From IMG/VR virus record IMGVR_UViG_3300027917_004314: 64,000 bases of DNA. The stretch is one strand, 5' to 3'. This document shows positions 30,055 through 38,307 of the stretch, in pieces; the stretch's first letter is position 1; each line of letters opens with the position of its first letter. Made by a program: the position numbers and the translations under genes. The notes below the pieces were generated by a model. The model ran no database searches. It was not told the origin of the DNA and saw only the letters and a program-made list of their open reading frames with translations. The stretch is from a virus. Lineage: Duplodnaviria; Caudoviricetes.

Positions 30055-30395
30055 AAATTGTAAATCCAAATAGATTTTTAGTACGTGTCGGTGATATGTT
30101 AGAATACAATCAAAAAGCAATAGATTATATTAATGTTTTCAAGAAAAAATTGGGGCATAAAATAATGCCTTCTGCCCCTGAACTTAATAAGCAAAATCCA
30201 ACTGTTAAAAAATATGAAAAAGGTGTGGCTAGTAATGGAGAAAAATTTATAGAATTGTGGGTTGAACACAATGATAAATATACTGGATTTTCTGGTGTTG
30301 TTTGGGGTCCAAAAACAGATGTGTGGTGCCTAGATTTAGATGGCAGCATTAATGGATGTCCAGATCCTTTGTTTAAAAGGAAAATTGTAAATTAG
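30051..30395 (+). CDS. Small hypothetical protein, probable paralog of 29791-30054
   Basis: MKIVNPNRFLVRVGDMLEYN vs MKILNTDKFKVEIGDKIELN. Confidence 0.6.
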   Translation: MKIVNPNRFLVRVGDMLEYNQKAIDYINVFKKKLGHKIMPSAPELNKQNPTVKKYEKGVASNGEKFIELWVEHNDKYTGFSGVVWGPKTDVWCLDLDGSINGCPDPLFKRKIVN

Positions 30396-30405
30396 GGGGA
30401 GATTA

Positions 30406-31206
30406 ATGTCTATTGGAATATTTGTGCCCTGTTTTAATGTGAGACCTTATATTAGAGAATCACTAGAAAGCATTTTAAAACAAACTTACAAAGATTGGGA
30501 GCTTGTTATTATAGATGATTGTTCTACAGATGGTACTTATGAAAAACTTAAAAGTTTTCGTACGTGGCTTTCTGATGATAATTTCTCCATTCATCAAAGA
30601 GAAAGTCATTGTGGCTTAATAGGTAAAGTTAAAAACGAGGCCATCTCCAAGTTTACTAGAGAGCATGAATATATATGTCATGTTGGCTCAGATGATATAA
30701 TACCAGAATATTGTTTACAAGTATGTGTAGATTATATGGATAAACATCCAGAAATAGGAGCGTGCTGTGGAAACTTTGTATGTTTTGACGACCAAGGTAA
30801 CAAATGGACTTTTCCGCATGTGGCAAACAGCGGAGACTATGATCCAAGTGTCCTTCTTCGATATATGTGTTTATTTCCCCACAGATTTTATCGTCGGTCT
30901 GTGGTAGAACAAGTTGGTGGATATTCAAATGAACTTAGTTCTGCTGTTGATTATGACCTTGCTTTAAAACTAGATGAGGTAACTCAAATACATAGAATAA
31001 AAGATCCAATTACATATTATTATCGGCAACATGCACAGCAAGTTTCTACAAGAGCGCGACCCGAACAGGATGCAAATGCTAAAAAAGCCTTAAAAGCTGC
31101 CCTTGAGAGAAGAAATATAGATGCGATTGTTAAAAATGAAAAAATGCCCTTTGAAATTAAATATATAGAAGAAGAACATTTTATATGGGGAGGCGGCGGT
31201 GAGTAG
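30406..31206 (+). CDS. GT2 glycosyltransferase
   Basis: FVPCFN, IIDDCSTDGT, HVGSDD, VDYDL. Confidence 0.9.
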   Translation: MSIGIFVPCFNVRPYIRESLESILKQTYKDWELVIIDDCSTDGTYEKLKSFRTWLSDDNFSIHQRESHCGLIGKVKNEAISKFTREHEYICHVGSDDIIPEYCLQVCVDYMDKHPEIGACCGNFVCFDDQGNKWTFPHVANSGDYDPSVLLRYMCLFPHRFYRRSVVEQVGGYSNELSSAVDYDLALKLDEVTQIHRIKDPITYYYRQHAQQVSTRARPEQDANAKKALKAALERRNIDAIVKNEKMPFEIKYIEEEHFIWGGGGE

Positions 31207-32050
31207 AAAGAAAAAGACGAAAATCTTAGTGTGTGGGTCGGCCCAGTTTTTGATATCAAATTTTATACGTTACATTTTGTATAGGTCACAAGATTATAAC
31301 ATTGTAAGCGTAGATAATTTAGAAAAGCCATCCGACATTAAAAGAATTTATTTTCATAAAAATCATAGGTTTTATGTTGGTGATTCATCCGATGAATATT
31401 TTATAGATAGGATATTTTATATAGAGAGGCCTAATATAATAATATGTGGCGATGAACAGCTTGATTATGAAAAATTATTAAAAACGGCGCAAAATTTAAT
31501 TAAATTTAATGTGCCTATTATTACAATATCTCCAACCGTATGTTGTGGTGAAGGAAATGATTTATATGGGATCTATAGCTCTGTAGATAAATTTATTACA
31601 ACTAATAGAGGTATGGTAATAAGGTTACCAAATAGATTTGGAATGCGACAAAGACCAAGTATGCTTGAAAAGCAAGGAGTAAATCTGGCGTATATTATGG
31701 GCTGCGTTTTAAATAAAATTTATTTTAAAGTTAATAATGTTGAGTTACCTTGGGTATATGCTGAAGATGTTGCATCTTTTCTTTGGTATTCAATAGAGAA
31801 TTATCAAAAGGGCGAGACCATTTATATGCCGCCGCTTGGATTGAAGAGTGGTAAAGATATAGTTGAAAAAGTAATTGAAATGTATAACTTAAAGTCTGTT
31901 CCACATTGCGTTGAAGAAATTCCTAATGCAAATTGTGGTAATGAAGTTTATCGTATGGTTGGATGGATTCCAGATTCACAAGATATGGAGCATGCTTTAG
32001 AGAAGACTATTAAGTGGTTTGATGTTAATAGGTGGGCCTTTAATGAGTAA
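31199..32050 (+). CDS. Degenerate RmlB (dTDP-glucose 4,6-dehydratase)-like protein
   Basis: ILVCGSAQFLISNFIRY, FYVGD, NRFG..Q, WVYAEDVA, LEKTIKWF track RmlB, but GxxGxxG and YxxxK are missing. Confidence 0.6.
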   Translation: MSRKKKTKILVCGSAQFLISNFIRYILYRSQDYNIVSVDNLEKPSDIKRIYFHKNHRFYVGDSSDEYFIDRIFYIERPNIIICGDEQLDYEKLLKTAQNLIKFNVPIITISPTVCCGEGNDLYGIYSSVDKFITTNRGMVIRLPNRFGMRQRPSMLEKQGVNLAYIMGCVLNKIYFKVNNVELPWVYAEDVASFLWYSIENYQKGETIYMPPLGLKSGKDIVEKVIEMYNLKSVPHCVEEIPNANCGNEVYRMVGWIPDSQDMEHALEKTIKWFDVNRWAFNE

Positions 32051-32077
32051 TAAAATATTTTCCTCGCCTCTTCGAAA

Positions 32078-32108
32078 TTGACTTAACTCGGACATCCGGG
32101 TTTGTCAA
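32078..32108. repeat. Imperfect inverted repeat upstream of the tubulin gene
   Basis: TTGAC..AACTCGG-ACAT-CCGGGTT.GTCAA. Confidence 0.4.
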
Positions 32109-32139
32109 GAAAAAAATGCACAAAGGAGTGAAAAAAATT

Positions 32140-33585
32140 ATGGCTGATGAAAAAACAATTAAAAATCGGGTGGTTGTCACAGACGAAGTCGGTGAGGTGA
32201 CTCGTGTGAAGTCCGACGCCGAAATTGTTGAAGAAAACCGACAACTCGAAGAAGCTTTGCGAGCCAAAAAAGAAAAGCCAGAAGTGCCAAAACTAGATCC
32301 AAACGTTCTTGCAAAACTAAAAGAGAAATCAATGGAGGATAATAAAATGAAGGCCGTTACGAAACGTGATAGAAGCCTGTATTTCGGAATAGTCGGATTG
32401 GGACAAGCGGGCAGCCGAATCACGGAAACGTGTTATGGGTTGGGATATGAGGCATGTGTATTCAATACTGCCACTCAAGACCTTGAACATATTAAACTTC
32501 CTGATAACAAAAAAATCTTTCTACCATTTGCACTAGGAGGTGCTGGCAAAGAACTGGATAATGGTAGACAGGCAGTAGAACAAAATGGAGAACTTATTCT
32601 TCAAAAACTTAATGAGACTTTTGGCGACGAACAAGAAATGCTGATATTAGCTGTCTCAGGTGGCGGTGGAACGGGCTCAGGCGGCGCAGAAGCGCTTTTA
32701 GGGCTGATGGCCTCACTTGGCAAGCCGATTGGCGTAATTTATGTGCTGCCAATGGAATCTGAAGATGCGCTGAGCAAACATAACTCTGTAGTAACATTGG
32801 GTAAATTGGCCAAGATGGCAAGCACAGACGCCATCACAACGTTAATTGTTGTCGACAATGCTAAAATCGAGCTAATATATCCAGGATTGAGCAAAGCCGA
32901 TTTTTGGAACACGGCTAACAACGCCATCGTTGAGCCTCTGCATTTGTTTAATCATTTGTCTGCTATGCCAACACAATACGATAGTCTAGATTCAATGGAT
33001 TTTGGAAGGATCTTTACTACAGGAGACTGCACAATTTATGGGATGTTGGAAGTAGAAGATTATATGGAGACAACAGCTATAGCAGAAGCTGTAGTAGAAA
33101 ACCTAGAAGCTGGTTTGCTTACGAACGATTTTAATCTCAAAGAAACTAGGTTTGGTGGATTTATCGTAACTGGCAGCCCAGAAGTTCTCAGAGAGCTTCC
33201 AGCTATGAACATTCATTATGCTTCCCACATGATTAGTGAAGCATGTGATTCTCCCAGCTTAGTAAGCGGCGTTTATGAAGTTCCAACCAAGGACAATATC
33301 GTTAGGGTTTATACGCTTTTTAGTGGACTTGGCTTACCGTCGGCCAGGATAGAGGCGCTACAAAAAGACGCAGGCGAAAGAATGGCGGTTCTACGAGAAA
33401 AGGAAAAATCCCGTGCAGACAAAATGAACATAGAATATGGATCTGGTGTAGATACCAAATCTAAAGCTCAAGAGGTCCATAGAATGATTCAACAAAAAAA
33501 ATCAGGCTTTGGAAAATTGACCGGTAATGCTAGTAAAAAAGTGTCAGGTAGTACAAAGGTAATTAAGGATAGGAGAAAACGATGA
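32140..33585 (+). CDS. Tubulin/FtsZ-superfamily GTPase (PhuZ/TubZ/CetZ-like)
   Basis: GLGQAGSRI, GGAGK, SGGGGTGSGG signature, VDN, T7-like SLDSMDF; start may be GTG 32128 or ATG 32116. Confidence 0.9.
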   Translation: MADEKTIKNRVVVTDEVGEVTRVKSDAEIVEENRQLEEALRAKKEKPEVPKLDPNVLAKLKEKSMEDNKMKAVTKRDRSLYFGIVGLGQAGSRITETCYGLGYEACVFNTATQDLEHIKLPDNKKIFLPFALGGAGKELDNGRQAVEQNGELILQKLNETFGDEQEMLILAVSGGGGTGSGGAEALLGLMASLGKPIGVIYVLPMESEDALSKHNSVVTLGKLAKMASTDAITTLIVVDNAKIELIYPGLSKADFWNTANNAIVEPLHLFNHLSAMPTQYDSLDSMDFGRIFTTGDCTIYGMLEVEDYMETTAIAEAVVENLEAGLLTNDFNLKETRFGGFIVTGSPEVLRELPAMNIHYASHMISEACDSPSLVSGVYEVPTKDNIVRVYTLFSGLGLPSARIEALQKDAGERMAVLREKEKSRADKMNIEYGSGVDTKSKAQEVHRMIQQKKSGFGKLTGNASKKVSGSTKVIKDRRKR

Positions 33586-33612
33586 AAACCAAGGAGAAAA
33601 CGATGAAAACCA
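33571..33612 (+). repeat. Perfect 21-bp tandem duplication containing RBS plus ATG
   Basis: AGGAGAAAACGATGAAAACCA occurs at 33571-33591 and 33592-33612. Confidence 0.95.
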
Positions 33613-33962
33613 AAATTGAAGAGTTGGAAGCATATTTTAATATGCAAAGACAAGCTGGTCATACTACAGCTGTAATTCGTGGCGCAGCGGCAGTTGCCGA
33701 TGATAAAAAAAGAACTATTATAATTGCACATAACGAAGAAATGGCCCGCTATATACGTGGAATGATAGCACAAGAATATGCAGAAGCATATGATTACATA
33801 AAAGTTATATCAGTTCATAGCCTGGAAAAACTGCGTGGCATGTCCGGTCCCATGTTGGTTGACAATGCTGTATTTTGTACACTGGCCGCAGAGGCTAGGA
33901 AATTAAGAGAAGAAAAAGAACAGCTAGAAGAAAAGATAGAAGCAATTAAAAAGGTAATATAA
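33582..33962 (+). CDS. Small degenerate P-loop-like protein with C-terminal coiled coil
   Basis: RQAGHTT, TIIIAH, LRGMSGPMLVDN; LAAEARKLREEKEQLEEKIE. Confidence 0.55.
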   Translation: MKTKEKTMKTKIEELEAYFNMQRQAGHTTAVIRGAAAVADDKKRTIIIAHNEEMARYIRGMIAQEYAEAYDYIKVISVHSLEKLRGMSGPMLVDNAVFCTLAAEARKLREEKEQLEEKIEAIKKVI

Positions 33963-33964
33963 AA

Positions 33965-34189
33965 GTGATTATCACCGGCCAGCACCCCGACGCCAAAAAG
34001 ATACATGTCTATAATAGATATGGGCATTTAATATCGAAAATTCTTGAAATAGATACACATAAAATGATTGCTAAAATTAGTAGCGATAACGGGGTAGAAG
34101 TAGTAAAAGTATATAAAATAAAAGGGCCGGGCATCTATTTTAAAAGAAAGCCGCTTAGCTCAAGAACCATAAATACGAGAAAGAAATGA
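33965..34189 (+). CDS. Hypothetical protein
   Basis: Fills the gap; GTG start; ATGA overlap with the helicase. Confidence 0.5.
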   Translation: MIITGQHPDAKKIHVYNRYGHLISKILEIDTHKMIAKISSDNGVEVVKVYKIKGPGIYFKRKPLSSRTINTRKK

Positions 34190-35715
34190 CAGTTCAAATT
34201 GTTGTTAACAATGTATGGTCCCGCATACGTGGCCTCAAAAATATTAAAACCGTTGATGCCTTGGATAGGAAAACTAGCTTTTACGTTGAGGGGTACCAAT
34301 ATACCAAAGCTTTCAGAGAAGGGTTTTATGATCATAAGCGCGGACGCTTTGTACATTGGGACGGGAAAAAGCATTTGTTAACACAGAAGATGGTTTTTCC
34401 AACCGGTCTTTTGTCAAGGGTGCGCAAATTTCTTGAAAAATATGGTGAAGATGTAGAGATTATTGATCAAAGAGGTGATGTAAAGTTAGGTCGAGAAATT
34501 AAAATTAAGAAATACACTCCTAGAAAATATCAGCAGGAAGCTGCAGATGCTGCTATTGCGCAAGGTCGCGGAATTATTAGGGTTGGGACCGGAGGCGGCA
34601 AGACGCTGATTTCCGCAATGATTACCGCAAAGTACAACGTGCCGACTATGATTTATGTAGTAGGTAAAGATCTGCTTTACCAGTTTCATAAGGAAATGGA
34701 AAAGACTTTAGGGATAAAGGTTGGCATTATCGGCGATGGTCACTGCGACGTTAAAAAGATTAACGTATGTTCTGTCTGGACTGCTATTACAGCCTTTAAT
34801 TTAAAAACCAAGATATCCTTAGATGATGAGGATTGGTCACCAGAAGTTGTCTCTGTCGATAATAAGGGTAAGGCGCGGATCAGAGAAGCCATACAAAAAT
34901 CAAAATTATCTATCTTTGATGAAGCTCATTTTTTGGCCACTGATACATTACAATCCATCTTCAAAGCCAGTAAAAATTGCCGCTATTTGTTCGGCCTGTC
35001 TGGTACGGACTGGCGAGATGATGGCGCAGATCTTTTGCTAGAATCGGTATGCGGTGAGCGCATTTACAATATGCCGTCCTCTAAGCTGATTGAACAGAAC
35101 TTTTTAGTGCCACCAAATATTGTTCTACTAGACGTCCCGCAATATGAAGGAGATCTTAACAAAAACTACTCATCTATATACAGCAGATATATTACCAAAA
35201 ACTCTGTAAGGAACGGCATGGTAGTAGACTCTGCCCGCAAGTTAATAGATAAGGGTAAAAAGGTACTTATATTGGTACGATATCTTTCCCACGGCAATGC
35301 AATAGCAGAAGAGCTTTCAGATCTGCCAATATATTTTGTTAATGGTGAAGTAGACGGCAAAACCAGGATCGCTGTGAAACGCGATTTCGAAAATGGCGAG
35401 CTTAAATGTCTAATAGCTTCGAGCGTTTTCGACATCGGAATAAATATACCTAGTTTAGACGCATTAATACTTGCTGGCGGAGGAAAATCAACGGTTCGTA
35501 CTTTACAACGAATAGGAAGGGTTATTCGTACATGCGGTAACAAAAAGCGTGCTATTGTAGTAGATTTTATAGATAATGCGAAATATTTGGATAAGCATTC
35601 TGCAATAAGAATAGCAGTATATGAGACAGAGCCGCTGTTTAAAATGAAATTTCCGAAGAATTTTGACCGATCTGTTCTGAAAGCTCCGAGCAAAATAATC
35701 CGAAAAGTAAAATAA
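34186..35715 (+). CDS. Superfamily 2 helicase (UvsW/XPB-like)
   Basis: GTGGGKT, IFDEAH, GLSGT, DIGINIP, QRIGRVIR. Confidence 0.93.
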   Translation: MTVQIVVNNVWSRIRGLKNIKTVDALDRKTSFYVEGYQYTKAFREGFYDHKRGRFVHWDGKKHLLTQKMVFPTGLLSRVRKFLEKYGEDVEIIDQRGDVKLGREIKIKKYTPRKYQQEAADAAIAQGRGIIRVGTGGGKTLISAMITAKYNVPTMIYVVGKDLLYQFHKEMEKTLGIKVGIIGDGHCDVKKINVCSVWTAITAFNLKTKISLDDEDWSPEVVSVDNKGKARIREAIQKSKLSIFDEAHFLATDTLQSIFKASKNCRYLFGLSGTDWRDDGADLLLESVCGERIYNMPSSKLIEQNFLVPPNIVLLDVPQYEGDLNKNYSSIYSRYITKNSVRNGMVVDSARKLIDKGKKVLILVRYLSHGNAIAEELSDLPIYFVNGEVDGKTRIAVKRDFENGELKCLIASSVFDIGINIPSLDALILAGGGKSTVRTLQRIGRVIRTCGNKKRAIVVDFIDNAKYLDKHSAIRIAVYETEPLFKMKFPKNFDRSVLKAPSKIIRKVK

Positions 35716-35805
35716 AAAACGCATTTTTCAATGGTTTTCGACGTTTGGCTAAATAATGTCGACAAAAGTTGAGAGTGCGCAATAAATCAGGAAAAGAGAG
35801 GCAAG

Positions 35806-36621
35806 ATGCCTAAGAAATGCCCAAAATGTCAAAAACTTAAAGAAAATGATATGTTTTTTCGCAACTCCTCTTAAAAGGATGGGTTATCTTATTGGTGTAA
35901 GAAATGTTCCAAAAAGAAAAAAGAAAACTGTTCATTTTGTGGAAAACGCCGCGCCGTTTACTCTAGAAAACAAAATAGGCCGTACTGTACCAAATGTTAT
36001 AGGGAAAAATATTCTATAAAAACAAAATGTATAAGTTGTGGTAGGTTTTGTTTTCCAGTTTTAAAAGAGGGTATTTGTCAAGCTTGTTATGATTTGCGTC
36101 CCAGGGTGTGTCGATGTTCCATATGTAACAAAATGGGGCAAATAAAGTTAAATAATAAAAAAGAAAAAATATGTGTTGCGTGTTATGAAAAAGAACGAAG
36201 GCCGCGAAAAAGGTGCATTATGTGTGGGGAAACCAAAAGGGTGGGAAAATTATTAAAAAATGGCCCTCTATGCATATCTTGTTATGATGCTCAACCAGAA
36301 AGAATAATAGCTCGGATTAAAACTCATTATAAAAGGAAAAATCAAGATCCATTTGAGCTATCTCCAAACGAATGGTATAATCTAATGGAAGAATTTGACT
36401 GGAAATGTTTTTATTGTGGAAGTTCTATATCTGGGGCAAACAGAACTGTTGATCATATAATTCCAGTATTTAAAGGTGGTATAACCAAATACGAAAATTT
36501 AGTTCCAGCTTGTCGCACGTGCAATGGAAGAAAAGGAACAAAAGATTTTTTAAAATGGTCAAATGAAATGGGCCTGTCGCACTCTAAAGTGCGATACGTT
36601 TTAGAAAGGTTTAATAAATGA
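35806..36621 (+). pseudogene. Multi-Zn-finger HNH endonuclease interrupted by one in-frame TAA (35872-35874)
   Basis: MPKKCPKCQKLK...RNSS*KDGLSYWCKKC continues in frame into ORF 36094-36621; four CxxC...CxxCY repeats; CFYCG...TVDHIIP...NLVPACRTCNGRK HNH. Confidence 0.8.
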
Positions 36622-37316
36622 AAAAATCTCACAATTGTAAAACGTGCGGCGCACAAAAAGAGGTGGTGTTTGAAGGAGACGGGGTTCAATACCCCGTTTT
36701 TTCTTGTCCAGAACATGGCCCAGACAGTCGCAATGAATGGAAAATATGGTGGGAACAATACCGTGACCGATGGAGAGAAAAGAGATATTGGGATAAGCCG
36801 GCGGATAAGTTGTCCTGTATAATAGGGTATTTTTGTCATAAATATAAAGAGTTCTATGAATATGACTATACATTTGATTATAGTAATCCAATTCCTTACA
36901 AGAGTAAAGATTTTGTAATAGCAAGAAGGATTCTGGCCATGTTTAATGCGGATGCTAACGATGTGCGAACATACATCAGATGGGTATTTGCTAAGAAACT
37001 AAAATCTCAAAAATATAATGTGACAAGTTTTGGATTCTTTGCTTCCGCACCATTTGTAAATGAATATAAGGCTGCCAAAGCATATAGCCAAGTTTTAAGA
37101 AGGTCTACGAAGTTGCCAGATCATTTTCTAAATTGGTGTCGTGCTTATTATCCTGACGTTCTAGAAACACACAGCCTAGAAACCTGGAATGACCTTAATG
37201 GGTTGGTCACATTTATTAATAGCTATGGCAAGGATAATACTGAATATTGTGTAGTTAGAGAGGCGATACATAGGGGTATGCTTCCAGAACATGGATATAG
37301 AAGTTTGGAGGACTAA
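36618..37316 (+). CDS. Hypothetical protein with N-terminal Zn ribbon; possibly replication-associated
   Basis: CKTC...CPEH; lies upstream of loader and helicase genes. Confidence 0.55.
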   Translation: MKKSHNCKTCGAQKEVVFEGDGVQYPVFSCPEHGPDSRNEWKIWWEQYRDRWREKRYWDKPADKLSCIIGYFCHKYKEFYEYDYTFDYSNPIPYKSKDFVIARRILAMFNADANDVRTYIRWVFAKKLKSQKYNVTSFGFFASAPFVNEYKAAKAYSQVLRRSTKLPDHFLNWCRAYYPDVLETHSLETWNDLNGLVTFINSYGKDNTEYCVVREAIHRGMLPEHGYRSLED

Positions 37317-37636
37317 TGCTGCTACAACACATTTTATCGAAACACGTAGTAATAATAATGAGTAATGGACATGTGGCAAGAGGGTTTGTCCACAGTGAAG
37401 AGGATGGTTATCTTAAGCTAATAAGAACTGATAATCGTGAAGCAATTATAAAAGTTACGGATATTAGTGTTGCCGAGATCGCGGCCGAGAATCAAATGGC
37501 CGACTATCAAGCGTTGGATCGCCAATATGTCCAATCAGATAACGACTTTTCCATGGTGGCATCGCCTATAGAATCTGACAGTACGTACGCCAGTCAGACC
37601 GAGTTCGTTAGGCAGACTCCTAGAGGTCGAGAATGA
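37316..37636 (+). CDS. Hypothetical protein, possible Sm/Hfq-like fold
   Basis: VVIIMSNGHVARGFV..EEDGYLKL...AIIKVTDI plus acidic tail. Confidence 0.45.
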   Translation: MLLQHILSKHVVIIMSNGHVARGFVHSEEDGYLKLIRTDNREAIIKVTDISVAEIAAENQMADYQALDRQYVQSDNDFSMVASPIESDSTYASQTEFVRQTPRGRE

Positions 37637-38307
37637 TATCCTATAAAAAGGTAGAGGCAGAAAAAAAGAAAATAATCAGTAACTGTCGTGCGTGCGACGG
37701 GAATGGCTGCAACGCGTGTTTTGGATATGCTGCCTATATTGATAAAATGGCTGCGGCACACATTCCAGTTGATTACTGGTTTCGTGATATGAAGGGTTTT
37801 TATGGTGAACAACACTTCAAAGATAATGTGTTATCATATATGAATAATTTACATACTGAGTTTAATAATGGATTGACGTTATGTTTTACAGGCGAAAGAG
37901 GTCGTGGGAAAACGATGGCCGCTTGTGCTATACTTAAACAAGCGTTACTTGATAATTATACCGCTTTTTATACGACCATGGTGGAAGCCGTTGACAGGTT
38001 AATGACTCCAGATTCTTATGTTTTTAGAGAAGCCATCAAAAACATTGATTTTTTTGTTATTGATGAAGTGGATCGGCGATTTTTCCCGTCGCGAGGCAGC
38101 ATGGAGTTGTATGGCAATCACTTTGAAAGTATGCTTCGAAGTAGGACACAGAATAGGATGCCAACAATCATATGCACAAATTCTCAAGACACTAAACAGA
38201 TTTTTGGTGGTGAATTTCAGAAATCATTTGCATCGCTAGAGTCGCAGTTTTTTAGGATACTGCATGCTGGTGGTAAAGATGCACGAAAAGGCGAGGAAAA
38301 GTTATGA
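37633..38307 (+). CDS. DnaC/IstB-like AAA+ helicase loader
   Basis: GERGRGKT, FFVIDEVD, PTIICTN. Confidence 0.85.
   Translation: MISYKKVEAEKKKIISNCRACDGNGCNACFGYAAYIDKMAAAHIPVDYWFRDMKGFYGEQHFKDNVLSYMNNLHTEFNNGLTLCFTGERGRGKTMAACAILKQALLDNYTAFYTTMVEAVDRLMTPDSYVFREAIKNIDFFVIDEVDRRFFPSRGSMELYGNHFESMLRSRTQNRMPTIICTNSQDTKQIFGGEFQKSFASLESQFFRILHAGGKDARKGEEKL

Noticed and set aside
1795-32050. Ordinary bacterial O-antigen/capsule island
   Set aside because: No membrane assembly genes, and it is embedded among phage-type replication, tail-like and endolysin genes in one co-oriented block; cannot be fully excluded without flanking sequence.
32140-33585. Claim of a nucleus-forming phage
   Set aside because: Tubulin alone is insufficient; no chimallin-like or multisubunit RNA polymerase gene is recognisable here.
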